NCBI GenBank assembly: GCA_030695905.1
Contig: JAUYOL010000036.1
Span: forward strand, 118,814-182,813
Length of the DNA stretch: 64,000 nt
Reading direction: 5' to 3'
From: Candidatus Omnitrophota bacterium
GTDB lineage: Bacteria; Omnitrophota; Gorgyraeia; 2-01-FULL-45-10
Part shown: in pieces, positions 39,253 through 48,847 of the stretch
Position numbering within the stretch: the first letter of the stretch is position 1
How the letters are laid out: every line of letters starts with the position of its first letter
Translations under genes and position numbers: made by a program
Notes under the pieces: model-generated
What the model saw: the letters and a program-made list of their open reading frames with translations, nothing else
Told to the model about the DNA's origin: nothing
The model's database searches: none

Positions 39253-40248
39253 CTAGTCCTTAACGAACAAAAAGCGCAAAATAAATTTTGAGTAAAGCTG
39301 ATTTACTAAAAATAACAGGACCTTATCCGATTCCGGGCCGGCCAAATAGTCTTTAAAATCCATCCATGAAACTTTCTTCATTTTCCTGATCTCTGCCGGC
39401 AGTCCAAAGCCCGCCACAATCGTATTTCTGGTTATTGCCGACAAGGCCTGCCCGCGGTAGATCACTATATCCTTCCCTCTATACTTTCCGGGAGCGCTTA
39501 ATGACAGGTCCTGAAAAAGCAATTCGGGCTCTGATAGGACACGGTCCATCATAGCGCCGGAAGCGGTATCCCCCCCTCCGGTAATTACGGCCAGGATGTT
39601 GTTTATGTAGCGCAGTATATCCTGCAAAAGCCGCTTTGTGATCTTCTCTTCTATCGGCATTGAATCATACTTATAGGCCGAAGCCCTGATAAAACTGTTT
39701 CCCGGTACATTACCGCTCAAGACCGCCCCCGGAGTTATTACCGTATGCGGCCCTATCGTGGTACACGGCAATATCACGGTAGACATACCTGTCCAGGAGC
39801 ATTCTCCTATAATTACATCGCCCTTCTTTGCGGGGTATCCCTGGACCCTCGGTAGGTATTCTCCGTGCGTATAGATAGTATTTCTCGGGCCAAAACAGGA
39901 ATAATCCTTCATAGTGATGGAGCAATTCGGGAAACATTCAATAAGGCATTGCACCGAAACAACATTCCTGTTTTCAGACTTAAAAGTTCCTTTGCCGTAA
40001 ATTTTCGTAAAAACCGCGATCCTGCTCTTTTGGCCCAGCCTAAACTCTTTTAGCAGGACAATCATGGTAAAAGGGTCTATACAGGCATCATCGCCGATAC
40101 TCAATTGATCTACCATGATAAAACTAAAAGCCCCTATCTTGACTCTTTTGCCGATCTTAAAGCCCATGCACCTCCACAACGCTATCTTCAGAAAAGCAGG
40201 GAGAAAAAAAGCGATAACCTGAATAAAATATTTAAAGTGTTTTTTCAT
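39253..40248 (-). CDS. Hexapeptide-repeat (left-handed beta-helix) acyl/acetyltransferase with N-terminal TM helix and C-terminal extension
   Basis: Repeated [LIV]-G-x-x-x-x hexads (IGDDACIDPFTMIV...IIGECSWTGMSTVILPCTTIGPHTVITPGAVLSGNV). An N-terminal hydrophobic segment. Confidence 0.6.
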   Translation of the reverse strand: MKKHFKYFIQVIAFFLPAFLKIALWRCMGFKIGKRVKIGAFSFIMVDQLSIGDDACIDPFTMIVLLKEFRLGQKSRIAVFTKIYGKGTFKSENRNVVSVQCLIECFPNCSITMKDYSCFGPRNTIYTHGEYLPRVQGYPAKKGDVIIGECSWTGMSTVILPCTTIGPHTVITPGAVLSGNVPGNSFIRASAYKYDSMPIEEKITKRLLQDILRYINNILAVITGGGDTASGAMMDRVLSEPELLFQDLSLSAPGKYRGKDIVIYRGQALSAITRNTIVAGFGLPAEIRKMKKVSWMDFKDYLAGPESDKVLLFLVNQLYSKFILRFLFVKD

Positions 40249-40252
40249 ATGC

Positions 40253-41146
40253 CTACCTCGTTAACCATTCTTTTCTGCTGGAAGAGATCCTGATGATATC
40301 TCCCAGTACGCCGATCGCCAGTAAAAGCGTAACTACTACGCCAAAGATCATGTAATATAAAGAGAGGGTGTGCATCCTGAAAAGGGCCAGGGTCATGGCG
40401 GGGATACAGACAACGAAGATCATGCAAGCCGACAGGATTATGAAAAACTTTATCGGGTCAAAAAAGGTTATTCCCTGGACAATGTATTTGATGGTCCTAA
40501 TAGAATCGCGGCCATGCATCACCTTGCTCTTCCCTTTTCTAAATTTATACTGTATCGGAATATGCTTGATAAAGTATGACTTGCCCATTGCAAGAATGGT
40601 CAGGCTTGTCGTAAAAGAAAAAGTGCCGCATAAAAACGGGAAAAAATTTATGGCAAGGTCGCGCTTGAATATGCGGAACCCGCTGTTGGCATCCTCAATA
40701 TCGTCTTTTATGACGATCTTGATGATCTTTTTGAATATCCAGCGGGAAAACTTTTTGATGGGTTTATCGAGTTTGGCCGTATTCTTTCTTGACCCTATAA
40801 CCATGTCAAATCCGCTATCCATCTCTTTAACAAAATTCGGGATCTCCTCTACCGGATAACTTCCATCAGCGTCGATGATCCCGATCCAGTCATAGCGCGC
40901 GCGTTGAATACCGGACTTCAATGAATTGCCGTATCCGACATTTATAGGATGATTGACGAGGATGATGTTTTTGTAACTCTCGGCGATTTCCCTGGTCTTA
41001 TCATGAGAGCCGTCATTAACGACAATGATCTCATACGATATACCCAGCGTCTTTAAAGTTTTGTGCAGTCTCTCTGTCGTCTCGCCGATACCGTTCTCTT
41101 CGTTATAAGCCGGAACCACGTACGATATCCCGTGCATGTTATCCAT
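40253..41146 (-). CDS. GT2 polyprenyl-phosphate sugar synthase (GtrB/ArnC/DPM1-like) with C-terminal TM helices
   Basis: SYVVPAYNEENGI...IVVNDGSHDKT...GIIDADGS. Roughly 300 aa with two C-terminal TM helices, which matches the GtrB architecture. Confidence 0.75.
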   Translation of the reverse strand: MDNMHGISYVVPAYNEENGIGETTERLHKTLKTLGISYEIIVVNDGSHDKTREIAESYKNIILVNHPINVGYGNSLKSGIQRARYDWIGIIDADGSYPVEEIPNFVKEMDSGFDMVIGSRKNTAKLDKPIKKFSRWIFKKIIKIVIKDDIEDANSGFRIFKRDLAINFFPFLCGTFSFTTSLTILAMGKSYFIKHIPIQYKFRKGKSKVMHGRDSIRTIKYIVQGITFFDPIKFFIILSACMIFVVCIPAMTLALFRMHTLSLYYMIFGVVVTLLLAIGVLGDIIRISSSRKEWLTR

Positions 41147-41172
41147 ATCAGCTATTTTCCTTTCTGTAAGGT

Positions 41173-42276
41173 TTAACTCTCGGTAAGCTTCTTGTTCATC
41201 TTTAAATCCCTAAAATTTATTAGACGATCCCGTATGAATTCAAGGTTATGGCTTGGCAAGCAACCATCCTTGAAGCCTTTTAAATAATATTGGTCTTTAA
41301 GCATATTTTTTTGAATATCAACGAGACGATCTGATAACACATTGCCGTATATGATCTGTATGAGAGGGCACGAGGTAACATCGCCATAAGGATTGACGGC
41401 CATTTTTTCTCTGGCAGCGGGACAGCTTATTCTTCTCAAGCCGTTATAGTTGTCTATTCTTGTCATAGCATGAGTGCTTAATACCCACCTTATATACCAT
41501 TGCTCGTCCTTATTCAATAAAACTTCCATTTTCCCCGCCCAGTGACCAGTTACGCAAGGAGGGGTAATCATTAACAAGACATCCTTCTCTTCACTCAGTC
41601 GAACCAACCTTAGTAGATCTCCACTCAATATCTTGTCCCTGCTTCCCACCGTATTGTAGGCAACAACGAGGCCGAGCTTCTTCGCGGCATTCGTGTTCTC
41701 CATTATTTTTTTAAATGATCCTACCCCCCTGTTGGCATCATGAACAGATTCTACTGAACTGTCGAGCCCCATTTCAAACGAAGATAAACCCGCGTTTTTC
41801 ATCAGCTTCATGCGTTCCGGTGTAAAATAAAATCCATTCGTTGCCATATGAACATAGCACCGCCTATCGCGTATATACTGACAAAGCTCTCTTACTTCCT
41901 CAAAATACAACATTGGTTCGCCTCCATTTAAATTAAACTGGAAGGCGCCCATCTCTACAGCCTGCTCTATGCTTACCTTAAATTGCTCCAAAGAGAGCCT
42001 TTTTCTTCCCCGATCCCTATTTAATGCGCATGAGCATTGTTCGCATGAAAAGTTACACTCATAACCAACTGCTATCTCAAGTGAACGTAAAGGAAATTTG
42101 CCGCATAAGCTCATTAAATAATTTCTCAGCACTCTATCAAGGAGAAAACTATTTCTCACTACGATCTTCAGCCCCTGTCTGAGCCTGTTTCTCTTCATCC
42201 TTGACAATATTCGCCTGCGCTCAATAGGGCTGTCACACGCCTTTTTAAAAGTAGCGAACGATTCGTGGGGCATCAT
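41173..42276 (-). CDS. Radical SAM enzyme (SPASM/twitch-like)
   Basis: VGYECNFSCEQCSC carries CxxxCxxC. C-terminal ISCPAAREKMAVNPYGDVTSCP. Confidence 0.7.
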   Translation of the reverse strand: MMPHESFATFKKACDSPIERRRILSRMKRNRLRQGLKIVVRNSFLLDRVLRNYLMSLCGKFPLRSLEIAVGYECNFSCEQCSCALNRDRGRKRLSLEQFKVSIEQAVEMGAFQFNLNGGEPMLYFEEVRELCQYIRDRRCYVHMATNGFYFTPERMKLMKNAGLSSFEMGLDSSVESVHDANRGVGSFKKIMENTNAAKKLGLVVAYNTVGSRDKILSGDLLRLVRLSEEKDVLLMITPPCVTGHWAGKMEVLLNKDEQWYIRWVLSTHAMTRIDNYNGLRRISCPAAREKMAVNPYGDVTSCPLIQIIYGNVLSDRLVDIQKNMLKDQYYLKGFKDGCLPSHNLEFIRDRLINFRDLKMNKKLTES

Positions 42277-42300
42277 TTTATTTCTCCACGATTAAGCGAC

Positions 42301-43224
42301 TCAGGGTATTGCATAAAATTGTACAAATCCGGTTTTTTTTAGCAACATGCAAACCATATTGATCGGCACGAGACCCATCATAAATAGCGAATAGTATTTA
42401 TTTCGGCCATGGACTAAACTCGTGTTATTCTTTAAATCAGTGCGATGTCTCTGAAGTAAATTTTGAAATGACAATGCAAAATGACTTGTATCCAATGGAT
42501 ATAAAATTTTAATGGTCTTAAAACCGGCTTCTTTCAGCAGACTCCTTAAATTCGAAGCATTAAACTGAAACGTGTGCCGCGGAACATGATTCCCTCCCCA
42601 ATACCTGCCGAACAGAAACCTGTCAAATGAATCAAAATTAGGCGCCTTGCCAAGCAGCGCTCCCTTATCTTTCAGAAGAGCCCTCGCTTTCTTCAGCTCA
42701 TTTAAAGGATTCAGTGTATGCTCTAAATAATTATTCATAAAGATCAGATCATAGCCGTGATTTTCTCTCTCAAGATCGGTAAAAACTCCTTTATGACAGG
42801 CTATACCTGCTTCACTTACAGCATTGACCGCTTTTTCGCTAAAGTCTATGCCTTCCAACTTGTAAAAACCCATACTCTTTAATTTTTTCAACAATAAACC
42901 GATACCGCATCCCACGTCGAGCACTCTCGACCCATAATCTGCGATGCCCCTAATCTCTCTTGCCGTAACCCATTCGCTTATTTTGTAAAAAATTGAATAG
43001 ATAGTGCCTTTTTGTTCCGGTACGGCAAAACCGTGATAGTCCACTTCATAAGATTCCATCAATTCCTGAATTGACGGAAAAGGATGAATTTGCACAGACG
43101 CACATTTTGAGCATTTTCTGTAATCGTAAGAGCCGGCAAATCCGTACTCCCAGTCCCTTATGTTATTGACAATGACCATGAAATCAGTTCCGCCGCATAT
43201 TTTACAACAATATGTAAGGTTCAT
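42301..43224 (-). CDS. Class I SAM methyltransferase with N-terminal Cys4 Zn-ribbon
   Basis: CKICGG...CSKC Zn-ribbon followed by VLDVGCGIGLLLKKL (motif I). Confidence 0.7.
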   Translation of the reverse strand: MNLTYCCKICGGTDFMVIVNNIRDWEYGFAGSYDYRKCSKCASVQIHPFPSIQELMESYEVDYHGFAVPEQKGTIYSIFYKISEWVTAREIRGIADYGSRVLDVGCGIGLLLKKLKSMGFYKLEGIDFSEKAVNAVSEAGIACHKGVFTDLERENHGYDLIFMNNYLEHTLNPLNELKKARALLKDKGALLGKAPNFDSFDRFLFGRYWGGNHVPRHTFQFNASNLRSLLKEAGFKTIKILYPLDTSHFALSFQNLLQRHRTDLKNNTSLVHGRNKYYSLFMMGLVPINMVCMLLKKTGFVQFYAIP

Positions 43225-44726
43225 TCTCTAAACCGTGAAGTAAACCAGTAAAATAGTTTATATTCCACCAGCATCGCTGTTATACCGAACACGAATCGAA
43301 TCTTAGCTATGGGCCCGTAAAAAAATGAAATAAGGCGTAGTATTTTAAATCTTGCCGTTTCCCCCGTGTTTACCTTGTATACTTTTTTGTCTATAAAAAA
43401 CGATGCTATCTGCATCATATTGATCATAGCGGCCAACTCTTTCGTGTACCATGGCGGCCTATAATCTCCCTCTGATTCCATTTCAATCCAACCTTCAAGC
43501 TTCTGTGGTTTAACATATCCGTACTTCAGGGAAAGATCATATAGTTCAGTACTCGGCAATGGCCGATATTTATTTGGCATAAATATGAGCGCGCTCGGGT
43601 TATCCACGATAAGCCTCATTATCAGCTTCCTGGTCTCGTGCAGATCATTAAGGGTCTCTCCGGGTAAACCTATTATCCAATTGTATGCCGTTCTTATCTT
43701 GGGATGCCTTGCCATCTTCCTGTTCACGTTTATTATATCTCGGACAGTGCAATTTTTATTAATAAGGTCCAGGATCTTTTGGGAACCCGATTCGGCCCCT
43801 ATATGCAATATATTTGTACCGACATCTGCCAACTTATCTAGGTACTTGTCGCTCATCTTGCTGATCTCATTTATCCTGGCGCCTCTGAATCCAAGGCGGA
43901 TGACAATACCTCTTTTATTCATCTCATCTATGATGTTTTCGACGTGATCGAGGTCAACGAATGAGTCATCGTCGATAAAATATATATACGTTGCGCCATA
44001 CTTATTCTTTACGTACTCTATATGACCGACTATCTCATCTAAAGGTATTGGAACATATTTCTTCTTAAAATTTTTATACTGCGCTGGCGAAGAACAAAAG
44101 GCGCATTTATACGGACAGCCCATAACGCTGTACATGGAGAAGATGCGCTCCTTACTGTCCAACTGACTGTAACGATCGAGATCTTTTCTTATCAAATCGT
44201 ATGGAATTTCTTTGTAACTAAAGGCCTCGAAGTTGTTTTCGGGCGGCACCTCCACAACGGCGTCATTGTCTCTGTATACAAGCCCCTTGATACCGGATAG
44301 TTCGGCCGCCGAACCGTTCTTGGCAATGCTGCCGGCAAGCAAGGCCAACGGCATGGAGCCATAACCGTTTATTGCGAAATCAACACCCTCTTCACCCATT
44401 ATCTCCCGGCCGTTAAATGTAGCGTGCGGGCCTCCCCAGACGACCTTCATCCGCGGATAGCGTCTTTTAATCCATCTGGTTATCTCCAAGGCGCTTCTGA
44501 TTGGGGCGCCGGTCATAACGCTGATACCGGCAAGGATGGTATCGGGAGTGATCTTCGAAGCTATGGCTTCCTCCCAGCCTTTAGGATGCAGCCTCACGTC
44601 TACGATATTGATCTCGAATCCCGCCTTTATCGAGTCAATGGCAGCGTAGAGCAGGCTTAACGGTATGTGCTGAACCAGCGTCCCCGCCATACCCATTTTC
44701 GGATATATCAGCAATATTTTCTTCAT
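43221..44726 (-). CDS. Cobalamin-binding (class B) radical SAM enzyme
   Basis: VVWGGPHATFNG in the B12 domain; MGCPYKCAFCSS carries CxxxCxxC. Confidence 0.8.
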   Translation of the reverse strand: MKKILLIYPKMGMAGTLVQHIPLSLLYAAIDSIKAGFEINIVDVRLHPKGWEEAIASKITPDTILAGISVMTGAPIRSALEITRWIKRRYPRMKVVWGGPHATFNGREIMGEEGVDFAINGYGSMPLALLAGSIAKNGSAAELSGIKGLVYRDNDAVVEVPPENNFEAFSYKEIPYDLIRKDLDRYSQLDSKERIFSMYSVMGCPYKCAFCSSPAQYKNFKKKYVPIPLDEIVGHIEYVKNKYGATYIYFIDDDSFVDLDHVENIIDEMNKRGIVIRLGFRGARINEISKMSDKYLDKLADVGTNILHIGAESGSQKILDLINKNCTVRDIINVNRKMARHPKIRTAYNWIIGLPGETLNDLHETRKLIMRLIVDNPSALIFMPNKYRPLPSTELYDLSLKYGYVKPQKLEGWIEMESEGDYRPPWYTKELAAMINMMQIASFFIDKKVYKVNTGETARFKILRLISFFYGPIAKIRFVFGITAMLVEYKLFYWFTSRFRE

Positions 44727-46882
44727 TTTAAGTACTCATACAATGTATATTCGTCATTCGAAAATACAGCCTTAAAATTCCTTCCCCGTAGATCAACCGG
44801 ACAACCCGGCGATGACAATATATGGGTCGCGGAGTATCTATCTATAATCTTCAGCCTTAAATCGGGAGGCGCGTCCTTTTTATAAAAAGTGACAATATCG
44901 TCAAATCTCTCGTCATGATCTTTAAAAAATACAAACGCGTAAGCATATCTTTCCATGACTACATCCCTATACGCAAACCCCGAAAAATAGGCGTAATACG
45001 GAGATCTTCCCAGGTTGTGCAATATCATAGAGCCGGATGGCGTATCCTTCTTTACATACTCAATAACGTCATAGAGCTTTCTATCCACATTAAGCTTCTC
45101 GTAAGGCACGGCAAACATTGAATAGTTGAACCATAACACAATAATTGTTAGGAACGATATGGTCGCACTTTTTAATAAAGCGCTTACTTTTTGAAATTGA
45201 AAATACCCGCCCGATAGGACAATGTCGATCACCATCAAGACCACCGCAAGAAGCGCCACGACAGGCATATACAATGCTATAATGCCAGGCTTGTGGGAAA
45301 TAAAGTAATTTACCAGGAGCAGGGCCATGTATATCCATGTCAGGACGCTCACAAAATAAGCTTTGGAACTGCTTTTTGATATAAAGAAATAATAAATGGG
45401 AATGATAGAAAAATATCCGAATAAACAGAATGAAACATAAGCGCTGCCTGCTATCGCGATAAGCACCATGTAGGGCATGCACATCACCGCTATGGCCGGC
45501 CTGCTGGAAATACTAGGGGCTGCACATATCCCCAAAAAGGTATTCATAAAATAAGGCCTGGATTTTGTCTTTGATACGAAAGAACAGGCGTAAATACCGC
45601 CTGCCATGCTTGCCAAATTAGTGTCGGAATGAATAAATGTTGAGGCAGCCTTATAGATCAGCTTGAGGAAGGACAGATCGTTGATGTAGGACTGAAGAGC
45701 GACCGCATTGGGGTAAAAACTGCGTATTGAGATCCGTAATTCTCCAAAAACAAACGCATAGTCCTTGAATACGGTAGCCAGCACGGCCATTGAGCCTGCG
45801 ACCGCAAATGCCCATATCGATACGAAATATATCCTGCGTCTTCGGTCTAATCGGGAGTAAAGGAGACAGATGAGAAGAGATAATAAAAATATTCCTACAG
45901 AGATGATATGCAGGGAGAAACCGATAAGGCATAGGAGGAGTACCGGCGTTATGTATGAACGGGTGTTAATATCTTTTTTTAACAGTGTCTGGCCGGAAAA
46001 ATAGATTTTCATGGCGGTCAAAAGATATATCCAGGATAAAAATGTATGCAGAGCGGTAATACTATTCCCTAACAACGAGTTGTGCTGCCTTGCATAGGAA
46101 AATACCGCGAGTATGATCAAACCGAGAAAAATAGTATTCCAGGGGTCGGTGAATTCGATTTTAGCGAGAACTCCCCTTTTAAAAATGGGCAAAAGAGAGA
46201 TACAGAACAACATAAGTATCAAGAAGACGGGAAAGATCACGCTGTGGAACAATACGATATCCGTTCCGGAGAATTTAACAAAAATACCTTCGAATATTTC
46301 CAATAGTGACGGAAGGGCGGACAGGTTTATCCCGCCGTACAGGGATATCTTATAACCATGGATAAAACTTCCGACATGCCTGACAAGGCTGGAAATAGTG
46401 GCATAATATTGCGACGAATCGGAAGGGTACGGAGCTATTATAACATGGTCCGAAAAGAAGCTGTAGATCCTGAAGCTGTTTTTGGAGATAATAGTAAAGA
46501 GCCCTGAGAAGATGATCGCAAAAGCATAGCTTACTTTTGAACCACTTATATCTATTTTACCCGGCGAAGACCGCCTCAGCGCAATGTAAGCATATGAAAA
46601 AAGAAGCAGCGCAGCATTGCTTGCATAGTTTATGCCAAAGATAAAATTGACTATGGCGATTACCGGTATTGCCAGTAAGATCTTGACTACAGACAGGAAG
46701 GTCTCTTCAATATGTAACCTTTTATCGAACAATAGGTTATAGCATGAATGGCCTATTGGAAATACAAAGAAAACAAGGAAAATATAAAAATACGCTGCCG
46801 AAAATGGATCGATGCACCTGAATGCAATCAGGATAGTAAAGTTAATCCAATATACGGCTGAGAAGAATAATAGTTGTGTCAT
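44723..46882 (-). CDS. Large polytopic membrane protein with soluble C-terminal domain (candidate GT-C glycosyltransferase)
   Basis: 719 aa, more than 15 hydrophobic segments, and a roughly 130 aa hydrophilic C-terminal domain. The layout resembles ArnT/PglB-type GT-C enzymes. No motif-level proof. Confidence 0.35.
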   Translation of the reverse strand: MTQLLFFSAVYWINFTILIAFRCIDPFSAAYFYIFLVFFVFPIGHSCYNLLFDKRLHIEETFLSVVKILLAIPVIAIVNFIFGINYASNAALLLFSYAYIALRRSSPGKIDISGSKVSYAFAIIFSGLFTIISKNSFRIYSFFSDHVIIAPYPSDSSQYYATISSLVRHVGSFIHGYKISLYGGINLSALPSLLEIFEGIFVKFSGTDIVLFHSVIFPVFLILMLFCISLLPIFKRGVLAKIEFTDPWNTIFLGLIILAVFSYARQHNSLLGNSITALHTFLSWIYLLTAMKIYFSGQTLLKKDINTRSYITPVLLLCLIGFSLHIISVGIFLLSLLICLLYSRLDRRRRIYFVSIWAFAVAGSMAVLATVFKDYAFVFGELRISIRSFYPNAVALQSYINDLSFLKLIYKAASTFIHSDTNLASMAGGIYACSFVSKTKSRPYFMNTFLGICAAPSISSRPAIAVMCMPYMVLIAIAGSAYVSFCLFGYFSIIPIYYFFISKSSSKAYFVSVLTWIYMALLLVNYFISHKPGIIALYMPVVALLAVVLMVIDIVLSGGYFQFQKVSALLKSATISFLTIIVLWFNYSMFAVPYEKLNVDRKLYDVIEYVKKDTPSGSMILHNLGRSPYYAYFSGFAYRDVVMERYAYAFVFFKDHDERFDDIVTFYKKDAPPDLRLKIIDRYSATHILSSPGCPVDLRGRNFKAVFSNDEYTLYEYLK

Positions 46883-48180
46883 AATTTATGCTCTTGTACG
46901 CTTTTTGGCCTCAAAATGTGCAATCTTGACAAGATCTGAAATACGCCAAACGAAAAACATACCAGTAGTAACTGCTCTATGCTGCAACGGTGTCTTCCAT
47001 CAATAAAATAAAAACTGTGCAATAGCGAATACGACGAAAAAAGAAGTAGCATCAGGACCGCTATAGGCCGATATTTACTGATACCCATAGCCAGCACAAT
47101 ACCAATGATCGACACGGGAAGGATAATGGAATAATACATCCTATACCACTTAAGATAAGAAGCCGGATAACGCAATCCAGATTGAGGCGAAAACCACCAG
47201 AAGTAATAAAATTTTTTCGCAGTTCTGCCTATAAACCGGTAAGGATACTGTCGAATATAATCGAATGCCGTTGCCCTGAAGAGGTCTGTCTGCCCTGCCT
47301 CATCAAGACTGAGCAGCTTTTGTCTAAAAGCCTCGGGACTGGCTTCAACCCCGGACATTCCCAAAGCCACAGTGGCCGTACCTGAGCTTTGCGGGTTATT
47401 CCCGAGCCAGAATCCCCACCATTGGTTCGATTGAATAAAGACCGGCCTTTTAAAAACGATCGTATTGCGAACGACCCATGGCGAAACTATGATGACCACC
47501 GACACTATACTGATGAGTATTATTTTTTTCGCCTCTTCCCTGTTGCGGGAAAAGAAATAAAGCCAGAACCACGCAAGAATAAAGAATGGCAGGAACATCG
47601 CCCTCTCCAGAACACAGAAACCGGTACACAGGCCCAGTAAGACTTTATAGCGTATTTTGCAATCATCTGAGCATATAACAAGCAGAAGAACCGAACTGCA
47701 AATAAGAAATGAGTAGAAGGCGATCGGGTGCAGCTTTGTTGAAGAATATACAATCGAAGCTGGGTGCAGCGCCGCAAATGTCGTTGCAAGATAAGCACAC
47801 TTCAAATCACAAAACCTTTTAGCCAGAAAGAATAGCACGACGCAGGTTGCGGCACTAAAAGCTATCTGAAGAATGATCGTAAGGGCATGATGATGCCCGA
47901 AAAGAATATATGCCAGGGCGCACAACGCCGGATATAAAGGCGCGACACCTGCGCGTTGGACCGTATTCAGGGTTTCATACATAAAGCCCTTCCCGAGTAT
48001 CATATTTTCCGCCACAAGCTCATATTCAAATATCTGGATCTCCGAATTGGCCTGATAATATAAAAAGCACCCGACCCGTACGATTATCGCAACAAAGATA
48101 ATTCCGAAGAGCGCCAATAGCTCTCCGCGTGCCTTACCCTTACTATAAATAGGATTATTTTTTAGCATAGTCTCTATCAT
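46879..48180 (-). CDS. GT39/GT83-like (PMT/ArnT family) GT-C glycosyltransferase
   Basis: The N-terminal region FEYELVAENMILGKGF...APLYPALCALAYILFG matches the PMT_2/ArnT first-loop region. 433 aa, about 11 TM helices. Confidence 0.55.
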   Translation of the reverse strand: MIETMLKNNPIYSKGKARGELLALFGIIFVAIIVRVGCFLYYQANSEIQIFEYELVAENMILGKGFMYETLNTVQRAGVAPLYPALCALAYILFGHHHALTIILQIAFSAATCVVLFFLAKRFCDLKCAYLATTFAALHPASIVYSSTKLHPIAFYSFLICSSVLLLVICSDDCKIRYKVLLGLCTGFCVLERAMFLPFFILAWFWLYFFSRNREEAKKIILISIVSVVIIVSPWVVRNTIVFKRPVFIQSNQWWGFWLGNNPQSSGTATVALGMSGVEASPEAFRQKLLSLDEAGQTDLFRATAFDYIRQYPYRFIGRTAKKFYYFWWFSPQSGLRYPASYLKWYRMYYSIILPVSIIGIVLAMGISKYRPIAVLMLLLFSSYSLLHSFYFIDGRHRCSIEQLLLVCFSFGVFQILSRLHILRPKSVQEHKL

Positions 48181-48841
48181 TTGACGGTCCGGACACTTTG
48201 TATTTTACAAAATGCCCTATCTCATATAAACTGCTGAGCAAGGGTGGCCTCATTTCTACCATCTTAACCTTTTTAAGCGTCTTTTCCGCTGCTGCGAAAA
48301 TCTGCTTTTCGGTGGAAAGATGCAGCTTCCCGATATCATAACCCAATACCCAGAATAAAAATTTCATAAACGGCCTGTATACCGGAGCGCCATATATGAC
48401 CTGCCCGCCGTCTTTAACTACCCTCGCTATCTCTTTAAACACCTGTTCTTGCTGGTCCGGACCCAGATGCTCAAGTATTGAGATGAGTAATACACTGTCA
48501 AAATAGCCGTCCTGATAAGGCATATTCAGGACATTCCCGTTCCTAAGGATCGTTTTGATCTTTAATTTTTCGAATACCCCGGAAACTGTCTCAATGTCAG
48601 CATCTAAATCCAACCCATGAATCTCTTCGTATTTTTCGCTGAGATTTAAAAATGTCACGCCCGAACCAAACCCTACCTCTAGAATCCTATTCCCGCCCGT
48701 CAGTTCGGACAAACAAAGCTCGATCCTTCTCCTGTAAAGACTGCCTATAAACGGTAATCTGTAAAATTTTATCGGGTCGGATGGGCCCGCTTTTATATAA
48801 CTGCCTGAGGGAAGCATCTTCAGCCGACATTTTATCTTCAT
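48155..48841 (-). CDS. Class I SAM-dependent methyltransferase
   Basis: ILEVGFGSGVTFLNL motif I; ILEHL post-motif. Confidence 0.65.
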   Translation of the reverse strand: MKIKCRLKMLPSGSYIKAGPSDPIKFYRLPFIGSLYRRRIELCLSELTGGNRILEVGFGSGVTFLNLSEKYEEIHGLDLDADIETVSGVFEKLKIKTILRNGNVLNMPYQDGYFDSVLLISILEHLGPDQQEQVFKEIARVVKDGGQVIYGAPVYRPFMKFLFWVLGYDIGKLHLSTEKQIFAAAEKTLKKVKMVEMRPPLLSSLYEIGHFVKYKVSGPSNDRDYAKK

Positions 48842-48847
48842 ATTGAT

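Noticed and set aside
39710-39937. 75-aa minus-strand ORF inside the acetyltransferase gene
   Set aside because: Out-of-frame overlap with the hexapeptide transferase CDS. Likely spurious.
40368-40859. 163-aa plus-strand ORF and 69-aa ORF at 40370-40579
   Set aside because: Antisense to the GtrB-like GT2 gene. Shadow ORFs.
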